Assembly: GCA_964640085.1 (NCBI GenBank)
Contig: CAZXFA010000005.1
Span: forward strand, 46,438-110,437
DNA length: 64,000 nt
Reading direction: 5' to 3'
Source of the DNA: an uncultured Actinomycetes bacterium
GTDB taxonomy: Bacteria > Actinomycetota > UBA4738 > HRBIN12
Part shown: in pieces, positions 63,326 to 64,000 of the stretch
Layout: every line of letters starts with the position of its first letter
Numbering within the stretch: position 1 is the stretch's first letter
Notes under the pieces: model-generated
Database searches by the model: none
What the model saw: the letters and a program-made list of their open reading frames with translations, nothing else
What the model was told of the DNA's origin: nothing
Program-made: the position numbers and the translations under genes

Positions 63326-64000
63326 ATGACGGTCGCGCGAGCGATCGAAGCGGTGCTCGGACCCGACCTGCCGATCGGGGTCCGGGCATACGACGGGAGC
63401 CGGCTCGGACCGGAGGACCCTCCGGCCACGCTCCTGGTCCGCTCGCCCGCGGTGTTCCGGCGGATGCTCACCGCCCCGGGCGAGCTCGGGCTCGGCCGCG
63501 CCTACGTCGCCGGCGAGCTGGACGTCCAGGGGGACATCTTCGCGGCGCTCGGCTCGCTCCGGGACCGGGTCCCCGACGTGCGACGCCTCGACCCGCGGCG
63601 ATGGACCGAGGCGGTCCGGCTGGCCGGCGCCGGCGGGCTGCGGCCGCCTCCGATCCCGCGCGAGGAGGCGCGGCTGCGCGGACGGCGCCACTCGAAGGCG
63701 CGCGACGCGGCGGCGATCGCCCACCACTACGACGTCTCGAACGCCTTCTACCGCATCGTGCTCGGGCCCTCGATGACGTACTCGTGCGCCGTGTGGGAGC
63801 GTCCGGACGCCACGCTGGAGGAGGCACAGGCCGCCAAGTACGAGCTGGTGTGCCGCAAGCTGGGGCTCGAGCCGGGGATGCGGCTGCTCGATGTCGGCTG
63901 CGGCTGGGGTGGGATGACGATCCACGCCGCCGAGCATCACGGCGTCCACGCGGTGGGGATCACCCTCTCGCGCCGCCAGGCGGAGTGGGCCGAGAAGGCG
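63326..64000 (+). CDS. Cyclopropane-fatty-acyl-phospholipid synthase-like SAM methyltransferase; 3-prime end beyond the window
   Basis: Hand-translated: LGLGRAYVAGELDVQGD, HYDVSNAFY and LLDVGCGWGG motifs. The ORF is open to the window end, so it is absent from the track. Confidence 0.85.
   Translation, partial: MTVARAIEAVLGPDLPIGVRAYDGSRLGPEDPPATLLVRSPAVFRRMLTAPGELGLGRAYVAGELDVQGDIFAALGSLRDRVPDVRRLDPRRWTEAVRLAGAGGLRPPPIPREEARLRGRRHSKARDAAAIAHHYDVSNAFYRIVLGPSMTYSCAVWERPDATLEEAQAAKYELVCRKLGLEPGMRLLDVGCGWGGMTIHAAEHHGVHAVGITLSRRQAEWAEKA

Noticed and set aside
1-64000. Searched by eye for CRISPR repeats, rRNA/tRNA genes, transposases, integrases, phage blocks and known defence-system genes.
   Set aside because: I recognised none. 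The absence is based on visual inspection and motif recall only, not on covariance-model or HMM scans.

Overview
This is a very GC-rich bacterial chromosomal segment (by eye about 70 percent or more, with third codon positions almost always G/C). It is most consistent with a high-GC Actinomycetota-type genome: ClpS-DUF2017 pair, LppM lipoprotein, GPGG mini membrane protein, DUF6328, and a SigB/F-type partner-switching module. I call about 70 densely packed protein genes, many joined by 4-nt GTGA/ATGA start-stop overlaps. I recognised no rRNA, tRNA, CRISPR array, transposase or integrase. Most long ORFs in the supplied track with Arg/Pro/Gly/Ala-rich translations are antisense or off-frame shadows of real genes.

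Gene blocks:
- 1-6.7 kb: envelope and membrane genes plus a quinone oxidoreductase.
- 6.9-8.1 kb: a rhodanese-CBS gene flanked by two Cys/His-rich mini-ORFs.
- 8.1-23.9 kb: a bidirectional catabolic island. One strand carries a Tat-phosphoesterase, ureABC, an agmatine-deiminase-family enzyme, a peptide-type ABC importer and TetR. The other carries the ABC ATPases plus four enzymes.
- 25-27.7 kb: a pyrrolysine-free MttB-family methyltransferase coupled to a polytopic membrane protein.
- 27.8-37.9 kb: LigD-type primase-polymerase, GH38 mannosidase, P-type ATPase, LppM, DUF2017-ClpS and an acyltransferase.
- 38-44.4 kb: a partner-switching island with a giant PAS/GAF/PP2C protein, STAS, two RsbW-like proteins and a sigma factor.
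- 44.4-64 kb: housekeeping, stress and metabolic genes (dps, crotonase, ADH, ybaK, LLM oxidoreductase, PAS+MBL, dinB, histidine kinase, arcC, 5-prime nuclease, Rieske oxygenase, GT4, CFA synthase).

Most interesting observations:
1. A single in-frame TGA sits inside the rhodanese active-site loop and is followed by a hairpin. This is either a selenocysteine candidate or a fresh pseudogene.
2. A divergent urease with no accessory genes nearby is translationally chained to a guanidino-group deiminase inside a peptide-type importer operon.
3. In the partner-switching island, the only intact kinase domain sits on the phosphatase itself.
4. At several loci the coding signal changes frame, which points to indel errors or real frameshifts.

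All function calls rest on motif recognition from memory, not on database searches. Many start codons are uncertain.
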